Shown here piece after piece: positions 1 through 9,554 of a DNA stretch of 64,000 bases (position 1 is the stretch's first letter; each line of letters starts with the position of its first letter). The notes beneath the pieces were generated by a model, which saw only the letters and a program-made list of their open reading frames with translations, searched no databases and had not been told where the DNA came from. The DNA lies in contig JBALDB010000009.1 of the NCBI GenBank assembly GCA_036918135.1, positions 64,001 through 128,000 on the forward strand, in the 5' to 3' direction. Position numbers and translations under genes: made by a program. Source of the DNA: Nostoc sp. (GTDB taxonomy: Bacteria; Cyanobacteriota; Cyanobacteriia; Cyanobacteriales; Nostocaceae).

Positions 1-91
1 CCTATCTTCGTAGCTCTCTTCGGCGCAGGAGCGTCACCCGTTCGCTGTTAGGGACACGAGCAGTAAAAAGCCAATCCCCAGAACCATAGTG

Positions 92-193
92 TTTAATAAA
101 ACCGAGTCCGGGTTTTGGCTGTATTGACCAAATCCTGTTGAGGGCATCTTGAAGTTGAGCGAAAACGCCAGAGGCTCCAAAAAGGAGAATCAT
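92..193 (-). pseudogene. Fragment of a YihY/BrkB-family membrane protein
   Basis: ILLFGASGVFAQLQDALNRIWSIQPKPGLG matches the intact YihY in this window (VLLLGATGLFTELQDSLNTIWEVKPKPGQG, 27148-28182). No upstream part; similarity breaks down downstream. Confidence 0.7.
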
Positions 194-219
194 AAGGTCG
201 ATTGCAGAAGCGATCGACC

Positions 220-423
220 TTAAATAGTTTTATCTCGGCGGTCAACAATGATAACGGCAGGGTCTTCACTATTGTGCGTGTTATCAAAAATTGCTGTTTG
301 TTGACCAACTCTTTGGTTTTTACCTGGGGAGGCATCGTAAATAATGAAATCCTCAATTCCTTGCCGTTTGAGAATTGCTTCCGCATACCTAATCTCAGTA
401 TCAGTGCGTATAAAAGTAGTCAT
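220..423 (-). pseudogene. C-terminal remnant of a cyanobacterial general-stress-type protein
   Basis: TDTEIRYAEAILKRQGIEDFIIYD...DPAVIIVDRRD resembles the C-terminus of Nostocales general stress proteins (recalled, not searched). N-terminal portion absent. Confidence 0.45.
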
Positions 424-783
424 GGTGACATAATCGGTAGTTCCCTGCTTGCCATTGGGGAGTCTGAATCCCCCCTGTCTTGAAAAGTTTCCTGCGGAGG
501 GAAACCTTAGAGCAGAACTTTTCGCTAATTAATTCTAAATTATGAATTCTGGCTTCTAAATTATTCTTCAATAATATTTAGACATTTTTAGATGAGCTTT
601 CCCTCAATCTATTGGAATAGTTTTTATCTTTCAAAATAATGACACAATAAATGGTTCAACTCAAACTAATTAGGCTAAAATAACAAGAAGATTTTACTGA
701 AATGTAAGGTATTAACTAACATATTATCTGAACTAGAATTATGAATATGTAATGATTTTTTGAATCAAAGCCTTACATTTAGT

Positions 784-822
784 GCTAGAAACTAGTCACA
801 GCCAAGCTAGAAACTAGTCACA
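784..822. repeat. 17-bp perfect direct repeat GCTAGAAACTAGTCACA, 22-bp period
   Basis: Copies at 784-800 and 806-822, upstream of the PRC/DUF2382 gene. Confidence 0.9.
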
Positions 823-1052
823 AAAATCATCAATAAATTTTGTTAGAATACAAGAGATAGATTTAAAAGTTAGAGTTACAATAGTCATAAAAACATCTTA
901 AAGTAGTATTCTTTTGGCGTTTAACCATATTTCATTACTTCTTTCGATCGGCATCAATTTTCATTAAATTCAATCTTGCGACAGAAGCTTTATCTAAATT
1001 GAATTCAGTAAATTTTATTAAGTGAACAGCAGAATTTATAGGAGAAAGAATA

Positions 1053-1946
1053 ATGCCACTCCAAAGAATAAGTGAGTTTGATACAGACTACCGTAATACT
1101 ATAGAAGGTAACGATATCAAAGGAATGGGTGTCTATGTTCAGGGAACTGATGAAAAGATTGGCACAGTAAGTGATGCTGTATTAGACGAGCAAGGAGCAT
1201 TCCGCTATTTAATTGTTGATTTAGGCTTTTGGATTTTTGACAAGAAAGTATTACTACCAGTAGGTAAAACCCGCATTGACTCTGTAGCAGACCGTGTATA
1301 TGCCGTTGGTTTAACAAGAGAGCAAGCAGAAAATTTACCTGAATTTCACGAGCATACAGACCTTGATTATGACTATGAGGAACGAGTGCGTAGTGGATAT
1401 CGCACTCCATTACAAGAAGACTCAGCACCTTTGGATGCAACATCTGCGGCTGTAGTAGGAGCGACAACTGAGCGTACTACTCCGAGTTACGATCGCAACT
1501 CCTACACCTACACACAAGATGCAGATTTATATGATGTCAGCGGTCACGAAGACCAAATTTTCAAACTCTACGAAGAAAGATTGGTTGCTAACAAGCAGCG
1601 CCGTAAAATTGGAGAAGTAGTAATTGGCAAGCACATTGAAACTGAAACTGCTAGAGTTGCTGTTCCAGTAGAAAAAGAGCGAGTCGTGATTGAGCGAGTT
1701 ACTCCTGCTGAGGCAGGCAAAGTTGTCTCCCCTGATGCAACAGTTTTCCAAGCAGGTGAAGTTGCACATGTAGAACTCTACGAAGAAGTTGCTGATGTGC
1801 AAAAAGAAGCTTTTGTACGCGAAGAAGTCAGAGTACAGAAAGTGGTAGACCAAGAAATTGTTGAAGTTCAAGAGACTGTTCGACGTGAAGAGTTAGATGT
1901 TGATACTGATGGTAATCCAGTAGTCAAGAAAACTGACCGACTGTAG
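1053..1946 (+). CDS. PRC-barrel + DUF2382 (YsnF/AvaK-family) protein
   Basis: N-terminal PRC barrel (DIKGMGVY...EKIGTVSD...FRYLIVDLGFWIFDKKVLLPVG). C-terminal KLYEERLVANKQRRKIGEV...VREEVRVQK...ETVRREEL. RBS AGGAG upstream. Confidence 0.9.
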   Translation: MPLQRISEFDTDYRNTIEGNDIKGMGVYVQGTDEKIGTVSDAVLDEQGAFRYLIVDLGFWIFDKKVLLPVGKTRIDSVADRVYAVGLTREQAENLPEFHEHTDLDYDYEERVRSGYRTPLQEDSAPLDATSAAVVGATTERTTPSYDRNSYTYTQDADLYDVSGHEDQIFKLYEERLVANKQRRKIGEVVIGKHIETETARVAVPVEKERVVIERVTPAEAGKVVSPDATVFQAGEVAHVELYEEVADVQKEAFVREEVRVQKVVDQEIVEVQETVRREELDVDTDGNPVVKKTDRL

Positions 1947-2111
1947 TCTAGACCACATTTGCAGCAGAATTCTAGAGACAAGTTGGAGCGGAGTGCTAAG
2001 TCTATTACGAGAAAACTTCCGCTTTGAACTTCAAACAGTCACAAGCTCAGAGGCACAAGGTTTTACGCTCCTACAGTGAAACGTGTATTGCAGATATTCA
2101 AGGAGGTTCAA

Positions 2112-2549
2112 TTGAAAGTAATTCAACAGTTTCGGCAAATTTTAACAGCTTTAGTCTTGGTATTAGTACTAACAACGACTGCCGCCTGTAGTGCAGTCGT
2201 TCAAGCAAAACAACCGACTCAATTACCACCCGGAATCAGTCGTAATGGTGATTATGCTCTATTAGAGCGCGGTAACAGCGTACAAGGTCAAGATTTCGGT
2301 AACTGGGTTGTTAGTACAGCAAAGGGAATTGTCCAGGATGCTTATGTACGCGACAACAACAAATTAGGTGTTGTGATTACACCTCAAGTTCGTCCAACGG
2401 AAGTACGACCATTAGCAAAATCGCTACTTCAAGGTTTCCACAAGAATTTCCCCAATCAAGACTTAACGGTTTTGGTATACGCACCAGACAAAAAACTGAT
2501 TTTGACGGGTCGGTATGATGTGCAATCAAATCAGATTGAGTATAAATAG
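2112..2549 (+). CDS. Conserved hypothetical lipoprotein
   Basis: AGGAGG at 2101-2106 points to a TTG start at 2112. Hydrophobic signal ending in lipobox-like TAAC. Confidence 0.75.
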   Translation: MKVIQQFRQILTALVLVLVLTTTAACSAVVQAKQPTQLPPGISRNGDYALLERGNSVQGQDFGNWVVSTAKGIVQDAYVRDNNKLGVVITPQVRPTEVRPLAKSLLQGFHKNFPNQDLTVLVYAPDKKLILTGRYDVQSNQIEYK

Positions 2550-2614
2550 TTACTCAATAATTTTGTTAAAGAATTGATTTCTGTTGACTGCAATTATAAA
2601 AGGAGACAATTAAG

Positions 2615-3136
2615 ATGAGTAGCAGTGACAAATATAAACGCGAAGTACTCAACGAGTTGGCGCATGGTAACACAGAGTCTTTAGATGATGTTTCATCCGA
2701 TGCAACTCAGGATTACCAAAACTTTGACGATTTTGCTCAACGTTCATCTCATAATGAACGCCGACAATTGTTTAGCCAGTCTTTCAACCATAACAGTATT
2801 CCACCTAGCCAACTGGAGCCAGAATTACAGAAAGCGATCGCTCAAATTAAGCCCAACGAACGCGATGATGTCGCACGGGCATTTTTCAAGCATTTAAAGC
2901 AAAGAGGTTTGGATGAGCGCCATTTAGAGCGAGATTTGGGACTTTCTACCCATAACGCTAACCGCATGAATGCCGATGATGTCAGCAAACTTGCATCTTT
3001 CGCTTATCACAATCATCCTGATATCTTTCAAGAAGTGATGGCTGAACAACCAGGGATTATTAAGTTTCTCAGTAATCCAGTGGTAGGAGCAGCTTTGGGA
3101 GCGATCGCAGCTAAGTGGTTTGGTGGTCGCAAATAA
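2615..3136 (+). CDS. Hypothetical protein with C-terminal hydrophobic/amphipathic tail
   Basis: 173-aa ORF, AAGGAG RBS, ends ...PVVGAALGAIAAKWFGGRK. Confidence 0.8.
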   Translation: MSSSDKYKREVLNELAHGNTESLDDVSSDATQDYQNFDDFAQRSSHNERRQLFSQSFNHNSIPPSQLEPELQKAIAQIKPNERDDVARAFFKHLKQRGLDERHLERDLGLSTHNANRMNADDVSKLASFAYHNHPDIFQEVMAEQPGIIKFLSNPVVGAALGAIAAKWFGGRK

Positions 3137-3154
3137 ACCTTCATCGCTGGATTT

Positions 3155-3187
3155 AGATCCCCAACTTCTTGAAGAAGTCGGGGATCT
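3155..3187. repeat. REP-like palindrome (AGATCCCC...GGGGATCT)
   Basis: Hairpin; related copy at 34829-34857. Confidence 0.8.
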
Positions 3188-3235
3188 GGCTAGCACCTTA
3201 GCTCTTTGTATTCCTGTTTTTACGAGGAAAATACT

Positions 3236-6200
3236 ATGATTCAAAGTACGGTAATTGCTCTGAAATTATCTTCTTTACAGTTGGGATTAGCACAAATTCC
3301 AGTCACAGGTGAAGTTATCACTCCAGAAGAAGCATCAGTTGTTTTTTCTGGGCCGAAATTTTTGATAGCATTACTTGCTGGTGTATTGATGGCATTTGCC
3401 TTTCAATTACTATTAACAAACTTCTCGATAGCTGTCGGAATTTCAGCTCTAGGTGGTAGCTCAAGTTCTGATGAATCTGAAAGCTTGGGTAGTACGATTC
3501 GCAAAGTTGAAACAACTGCTGGTCTTTGGGCGCTTGTTACCGCAACCATAGCTTTATTCAGTGCTAGCTTTTTAGCAGTCAAACTCAGTTTAATTGAGAG
3601 TGCGCTTTTAGGAGCAATTATCGGTGTAGTCATCTGGTCTGCCTTTTTCACAGTCATCGCCTGGCTTGGTTCAAGCGCAGTCGGTTCCTTGATTGGTTCT
3701 GTTGCTAGTACCGTTACTAGTGGTATGCAAGGAATCATGGGTACAGCAGGCGCGGCTTTGGGTGCTAATGCTGCGAAAAACCAAATGGTTTCTACCGCAG
3801 AAGAAATTACTGCGGCCGTTCGTCGCGAACTCACATCAGGTTTTGACGCCGATAGTATCAAAAAAACGTTACAAAGTTCTTTATCTGCTGTACAGTCACC
3901 GCAGCTAGATACCAAACAAATCGGCTCTCAATTTGAGAAGCTGCTCAAAGAAGGAGACTTGCAAGCGATCGCTGATAGTGATTTGCTCAAAAATGTTAAT
4001 CGCCAAACTTTTGTCGATTTAATTAGCTCTCGCACAGACTTCTCGAAAGAAGATATTAATGGAATTGCCGACCAATTACAAGGTGCTTGGAACCAAGTTG
4101 TAATAGGGCAAAATCCTACCGACCAAGTAATTAATTTACTGCAACAAGCCTCTCCTGAAGAATTGCAACCTGAAAAATTAGCTGAAAAAATTCAGCAATT
4201 GGCGACAATTGGGAGTGGAAATGGTAAACGCAGCAAGGGAATAGTCAAGCAAGTCGTTGAAGTTGGCTTAGGTGCAGCTTTACCTGCGGTGTTGAAGCAA
4301 GTAGACTTCTCCCAACTAGATGTAGAAAAAGTTAGACATCAGCTAGAGCAATTGACAGAAAAAGCTCAGGAAGTAGATGTCGATAAAATTACACAGCAGT
4401 TGCAACAACTTAAAGACCAAGCAACCCAAAAAGCAAGCCAGTTTGGTAGTTCTGTCGCTGAAAAATTGCCTGCACCTGAGAATAATACCATCAAGGCAGA
4501 TATAGAAGAATACATTCTCAATTCTTTCCCTTGGCATTTCAACCAGATCACAATTAGTGATGAATTCAAAGAAGTCATTTATGACCCGAATGCTAACCCA
4601 GGAACTGTAAGACGGCAATTAGAGGAAATAACAACAGAGTATTTCGCCAACTTGCTTAAGCAACGGGGAGACATCAGCGAAGCAAGAGTCAAAGAAATTT
4701 CTGAGCAGTTGTCAAGTGTCCGCACGGAAGTTTTAGAAACTGTTAAGCAGGCGGATACAACAGAAAAATCGCAAAATCTCCGCACCCGTTTGGAAGATTA
4801 CCTCCGTTCGACTGGAAAAGCAGAACTCAACCCAGAAGGTATTGAGCAAGACTTGACGAAGTTGCTGGAAGATCCAGAAGCGGGAATTGAAGATTTAACT
4901 CAAAGATTTTCGGAAATTGACCGCGATACTTTAGTTAAACTACTGGCTTCTCGTGAAGATATTAACGAAGAGGAAGCTAATAATATTGTTGGTCAATTTG
5001 AGCGCACTCGTGATAATGTTTTAAATCGCGCACAAGAACTTCAAGAGCAAGCAAAAGCGAAAGCTGACGAAGTACGGCAAAGAGTTGAAGATTATCTCCG
5101 AAATACTAACAAAGATGAACTCAATCCCGAAGGTATCAAGCGCGATTTTCAGACTTTGTTAGAAGACCCGCAAACAGGAATTTCCGCTTTAAGAGCCAGA
5201 TTATCACAGTTTGACCGCGATACTTTGGTTCAATTACTCAGTCAGCGGCAAGATTTGAGTGAGGAGCAGGTCAATCAAACCATTGACCAATTGCTTACAG
5301 TCCGGGATAATGTTTTGCAAGCTCCACAAAGAGCTGCCGAGACAGCAAAACAGCAGTACGAAAAAACCACGAGTGCGATTAGTGAATATCTCCGCAATAC
5401 AAACCTGGAAGAACTCAATCCTGAGGGTATTCAACAAGACTTGCAAAAATTACTGGCTGATCCCGAACAGGGGGCTGATGCTCTTAGACAGAGGCTTTCA
5501 CAAGTAGACCGGGAAACTTTAGTCAAGCTGCTGACGCAACGGGGAGACTTGAGTGAGGAGCAAGTTAATCGTATCATTGACTCAACACAACAAGCCATCA
5601 ATAACATTGTCAAAGTACCGCAACGCTTGGCGAACCGTGCTACTCAAAGAGCGCAGGAGTTTGAAGCTAACTTAGAAGACTATCTGCGTCACACCAATAA
5701 AGAAGAACTTAACCCGGATAGTATCAAGCGTGATTTGCAATTGTTGCTGTCTTCTCCTCGTGCTGGTGTGTCTTCTTTGAGTGAGCGTGTTTCTAAATTT
5801 GATCGCTCTACACTTGTGGCTTTGCTATCCCAGCGTGAGGATATCTCAGAAGAAGAAGCTAACCGAATTGTGGATCGAATCGATTCTGTGCGTAACTCGA
5901 TTGTCGAACAATATCAGCAAATTCAGCAAAGGGTGCAATCAGCACTTGATGATGCTTTTGGCTCGATTCGCAATTACCTCAATTCACTGGAGCGTCCCGA
6001 ACTCAATTATGAAAGTATCCAGCAAGATTTTGCGAAAGTGTTTGACGATCCGCAAGCTGGGTTTGAGGCTTTGCGCGATCGCCTATCTGCTTTCGACCGT
6101 GATACCCTAGTTGCTGTCCTCAGTTCCCGTGAAGATATTTCCGAAGCGCAAGCTAACAAGATTATCGACCAAGTTGAAAGCGCACGCTCTAATGTACTCC

Positions 6201-6397
6201 ACCGAGCCGAACGCATTCAAAAAGAAACTCAAAAACGTCTCAATGCAATTAAAGAGCAAGCACAAAAGCAAGCAGTTGAAACCAAAAAAACTGTTGCCGG
6301 TGCTGCTTGGTGGTTATTTAACACAGCTTTTGTTTCTTTAGCGGCTTCAGCTATAGCTGGAGCTTTGGCTGTATCAGGTTTTGACCTTTTTGGTTAA
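3236..6397 (+). CDS. Large membrane-anchored protein with 98-aa helical tandem repeats
   Basis: ATG at 3236 with GAGG RBS. Several N-terminal TM helices and a C-terminal TM segment. Repeats YLRxTxxxELNPExI...DP..G...L..RLS.FDRDTLV.LL.QR.D.SEE. Confidence 0.9.
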   Translation: MIQSTVIALKLSSLQLGLAQIPVTGEVITPEEASVVFSGPKFLIALLAGVLMAFAFQLLLTNFSIAVGISALGGSSSSDESESLGSTIRKVETTAGLWALVTATIALFSASFLAVKLSLIESALLGAIIGVVIWSAFFTVIAWLGSSAVGSLIGSVASTVTSGMQGIMGTAGAALGANAAKNQMVSTAEEITAAVRRELTSGFDADSIKKTLQSSLSAVQSPQLDTKQIGSQFEKLLKEGDLQAIADSDLLKNVNRQTFVDLISSRTDFSKEDINGIADQLQGAWNQVVIGQNPTDQVINLLQQASPEELQPEKLAEKIQQLATIGSGNGKRSKGIVKQVVEVGLGAALPAVLKQVDFSQLDVEKVRHQLEQLTEKAQEVDVDKITQQLQQLKDQATQKASQFGSSVAEKLPAPENNTIKADIEEYILNSFPWHFNQITISDEFKEVIYDPNANPGTVRRQLEEITTEYFANLLKQRGDISEARVKEISEQLSSVRTEVLETVKQADTTEKSQNLRTRLEDYLRSTGKAELNPEGIEQDLTKLLEDPEAGIEDLTQRFSEIDRDTLVKLLASREDINEEEANNIVGQFERTRDNVLNRAQELQEQAKAKADEVRQRVEDYLRNTNKDELNPEGIKRDFQTLLEDPQTGISALRARLSQFDRDTLVQLLSQRQDLSEEQVNQTIDQLLTVRDNVLQAPQRAAETAKQQYEKTTSAISEYLRNTNLEELNPEGIQQDLQKLLADPEQGADALRQRLSQVDRETLVKLLTQRGDLSEEQVNRIIDSTQQAINNIVKVPQRLANRATQRAQEFEANLEDYLRHTNKEELNPDSIKRDLQLLLSSPRAGVSSLSERVSKFDRSTLVALLSQREDISEEEANRIVDRIDSVRNSIVEQYQQIQQRVQSALDDAFGSIRNYLNSLERPELNYESIQQDFAKVFDDPQAGFEALRDRLSAFDRDTLVAVLSSREDISEAQANKIIDQVESARSNVLHRAERIQKETQKRLNAIKEQAQKQAVETKKTVAGAAWWLFNTAFVSLAASAIAGALAVSGFDLFG

Positions 6398-6418
6398 AGG
6401 TTCTGTAAGTTCATAGTT

Positions 6419-6444
6419 AAGCCTCTCAAAAGAGAGGCTTTCTT
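6419..6444. terminator. Bidirectional hairpin terminator
   Basis: AAGCCTCTC-AAAA-GAGAGGCTT between convergent genes. Confidence 0.7.
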
Positions 6445-6473
6445 ATTAAGTGAGAATGCGCCTGTGATTTGTA

Positions 6474-7184
6474 TTAAATGTCTGGTTGTTGCAACCATCG
6501 GGCGACCATACCTGCTAAAACTCCACCTAAAATGGGGAACACAATGAAAATCCAAAGGTCAGCCAATGCCCAACCGCGAGTAAAGACAGCTGTGGCTAGC
6601 GATCGCACGGGATTGACGCTGGCATTTGTTACAGGAATAAGGATAAGATGCGCCAAGGTCAGCCCTAAACCTATGGGGATGGGTGCAGACAACTTAAGAG
6701 CGCGAGAAGATGTGACGCTTAAGATCAGCAATACAAAGCCAAAGGTAACAATGAGTTCGGCTAATGCACAAGCCCACCAGCTATAGTTACCAGGAGAGTG
6801 AATTCCCACCCCATTAGAACCAAAGTTGGCTGTTGTAAACTCAGGCTTGCCCATGCAAATCAAAAACAGGATAGTAGTCCCCCAAATTCCGCCGAGAATC
6901 TGACTCCCGATATATGGCAAAACGTCTCGGTAAGAAAATTGCTTGGCTACCCAAAAACCAATTGTAACTGCGGGATTGATGTGACATCCGCTGATCGAAC
7001 CAAAAGTATAGGCAGCAGTCAACAAACTTAAGCCAAAAGCGATCGCTACTCCAGTAACTCCAACCCAAGGTACTGTACCAGAGATTACCGCAGTACCAAC
7101 GCCCATCAGAACTAACCAAGCTGTACCTAGAGTTTCCGCCAAACATCGTTTTGCTAACGAGTAACGATTCATAAGGGATGCCAT
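6474..7184 (-). CDS. aqpZ: Aquaporin Z (MIP family)
   Basis: SGCHINPAVT and PVTNASVNPVRS motifs, six TM segments. Confidence 0.9.
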   Translation of the reverse strand: MASLMNRYSLAKRCLAETLGTAWLVLMGVGTAVISGTVPWVGVTGVAIAFGLSLLTAAYTFGSISGCHINPAVTIGFWVAKQFSYRDVLPYIGSQILGGIWGTTILFLICMGKPEFTTANFGSNGVGIHSPGNYSWWACALAELIVTFGFVLLILSVTSSRALKLSAPIPIGLGLTLAHLILIPVTNASVNPVRSLATAVFTRGWALADLWIFIVFPILGGVLAGMVARWLQQPDI

Positions 7185-7433
7185 AACTGGCTAGATATGA
7201 TTGATATTTATACAGATTAACCGAATCAGCTAATTATCTCGACTTTTTTGAAATAGATTATCAATCGGTTCGACGAACTTTTGAATTATTTCATTAACCA
7301 TCAATTTATTTTTTATCAGTGCAAACTCTGTATCCTAACGATTAGAAAAATAAACCTAAAACTCATTTTTATTTATTAATATTCATTTTTTCATCATTTA
7401 AAGAACTACAAAATAACTCAAACAGTTTTTCTA

Positions 7434-7514
7434 TAGCCGTAGTCACACCTTTAGGACATTTTGAAAGGATGAATGCTTGGAAGAATATATGTTTTTACCT
7501 ACTGCCTCCTACTA
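7434..7514 (+). mobile_element. MITE family C copy (TAGC...(G/A)CTA, TA flanks)
   Basis: Shares TTAGGACAT...TTTTACCT...TGCCTCCT.CTA with copies at 12514, 42174 and 62286. Confidence 0.7.
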
Positions 7515-7606
7515 TATAAACTTCATTTATTATAAAAATCATGAGCATTTTAAATAGACCTATTATGGTGCAATAGGCGCTGTTACTTCGAGCAACTCAA
7601 AAATTG

Positions 7607-7633
7607 ATGACCCCTTGGTTGGGTCATTTTTTT
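7607..7633 (+). terminator. Rho-independent terminator-like hairpin
   Basis: ATGACCC-loop-GGGTCAT followed by a T-run. Confidence 0.6.
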
Positions 7634-7767
7634 GATCTACCAGAAGTTGTACATGAATTTAAGTTATTATAAAATTTACTAAATATTCGTATTTACTCAT
7701 CAATGTTCAATTGATAATCTATAATTTCAACAGACAATCACAAATTTATTCTTGCAATCCAGCGAGT

Positions 7768-9528
7768 CTACTTTTTATTTACCTGCAACCAAATCTCTAA
7801 ACTGATTAATAACCAAAGCTTAACACCATAACGTCCCCAAATATCGCCTTTATAATCTAACCAGTTCCGTAGTAGTGACTGATTAAAATAAGGTGCGGTT
7901 GCACTTTTTCTATTTAACAATAATTTCCTCGCTTCTTGTTGCCAATACTTGCGAAATCCTAACTGCACTGGTACCATCATCCCACTTTTAGGACGATGAA
8001 TAATCACCTCTGGTAAAATATCGGCAACGGCTTGTTTGAGTACTGCTTTTTCTTCTACTCCTGAAAGTTTATATTCTGGAGGAATTTGCATACTCAAGTC
8101 AACAACTCGCTGGTCAAAAAGTGGCGAGCGCCCATGTAAACCTGCTGCTTGAGTTAAGTTATTTACTTTTGTCAAAATTTGGTCGGCTCCCTTATATTTA
8201 ATATTCAGTGCCATTAATCTATTTAAGAAACTGGCATCAGAATTTAAATCAGCCGAAAATACAGATGATTCTGTTTTCACTGCTCTCCAAACTTCTGGTT
8301 TTAAAAGCTGCGGTAAGTCTAATGCACACTTTTGAAAAGCAATTAGATATGCTTGCACTGAATCTTGATTATTAATTGAACCATATAAACTATTAATTAG
8401 CATCGGTTGATTTTTCGGGCCGCCAAAACATGGATCGCCACCTTCACCATTCAAGATAACTTGCACATTTTCTCGCGCCATTCTTCCTACTAACAAATTT
8501 GGCACCGTCAGCGGATCGCCTATCGGATCGTCGAGATACGCCATTGTTTGGGGTAGGCGTTCCCACATATCTTTAAAAGTAATTTCCAGAATGTGGTGTT
8601 GAGTTTGGCAATGTTCGGCTACTAAACTAGAAAACTCTAACTCATTGGGACATTGGGCACCAAAATGAATCGAGTAAGTATGCACTGGTGCATGATGAAA
8701 TTTTGCTGCTAAAGCGGTGATACTGCTAGAGTCTAAACCACCAGAAAGAAAAACACCAACAGGTGCATTTTGCGGTAAATATTCTCGAACAACTTGATTG
8801 AGCAGAGAACGCAAGCGATCGCCATGCCATATTAAAGATTCATTCTCCCCTGTAATCTGCTGTTGCAATTCCCAATAAGTATAAACTTTTTCTGAAGGCA
8901 TTTGGACAACAGTTCCTGGCCGCACTTCTCGCACCTGTTGCCAAAGTGTGCGTTCTCCCGGTACAAAGGCGCAACAAAGATAATCACGCAGTGCCACTAA
9001 ATCGACATCGCCTGAACGATAGGGTGCAAGCGATCGCATTTTTGGCGCGATGGCGCGAATTGCACCAGTACTAGTGTAATAGAGAGTCCGGCTACCAATG
9101 CGATCGCGTCCCAGCCATAATACTTGCTGTCGACGATCCCAAATTACTAACCCAAACATCCCCACCAACAATTTCAGACATTCACAACCAAACTTTTCCC
9201 AAAGTTCAGCAATCAATTGACAATTATTTTTAGAAAAACTACTTGCATCGACTTTCAATTTTTGCAGCAACTCCAGCCGATTACTTAACCACACATCTCC
9301 AACCACCACGAATTGTTCTGTAGAACTGAGTGCAAATTGTTCTGTAGTCAGTGCAGAAATCACGGCAAACTGGTCATCTTGCCAGATTACATCGGCTGTT
9401 AGAGTATTTAATCTTCCCCAAACTACATACCAGCTAGAGTGAACCTCTATAGATGAAATAGTAGATTTTTTGAAAATATTCAATAGCAAGTTATTGGCAC
9501 TTCTCGCCACACTCCCCATCTCCCTCAT
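7768..9528 (-). CDS. Asparagine synthetase B-like ATP-dependent amide ligase with degenerate glutaminase domain (start uncertain, 9528/9519/9489)
   Basis: GMFGLVIWD, RDRIGSRTLYY, FLSGGLDSS (PPi loop), NGEGGD, RSPLFDQRVV, EKAVLKQA, HRPKSGM. No N-terminal catalytic Cys. Confidence 0.9.
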   Translation of the reverse strand: MREMGSVARSANNLLLNIFKKSTISSIEVHSSWYVVWGRLNTLTADVIWQDDQFAVISALTTEQFALSSTEQFVVVGDVWLSNRLELLQKLKVDASSFSKNNCQLIAELWEKFGCECLKLLVGMFGLVIWDRRQQVLWLGRDRIGSRTLYYTSTGAIRAIAPKMRSLAPYRSGDVDLVALRDYLCCAFVPGERTLWQQVREVRPGTVVQMPSEKVYTYWELQQQITGENESLIWHGDRLRSLLNQVVREYLPQNAPVGVFLSGGLDSSSITALAAKFHHAPVHTYSIHFGAQCPNELEFSSLVAEHCQTQHHILEITFKDMWERLPQTMAYLDDPIGDPLTVPNLLVGRMARENVQVILNGEGGDPCFGGPKNQPMLINSLYGSINNQDSVQAYLIAFQKCALDLPQLLKPEVWRAVKTESSVFSADLNSDASFLNRLMALNIKYKGADQILTKVNNLTQAAGLHGRSPLFDQRVVDLSMQIPPEYKLSGVEEKAVLKQAVADILPEVIIHRPKSGMMVPVQLGFRKYWQQEARKLLLNRKSATAPYFNQSLLRNWLDYKGDIWGRYGVKLWLLISLEIWLQVNKK

Positions 9529-9554
9529 CTCGCCCAGTCCCTAATCCTAGTCCT

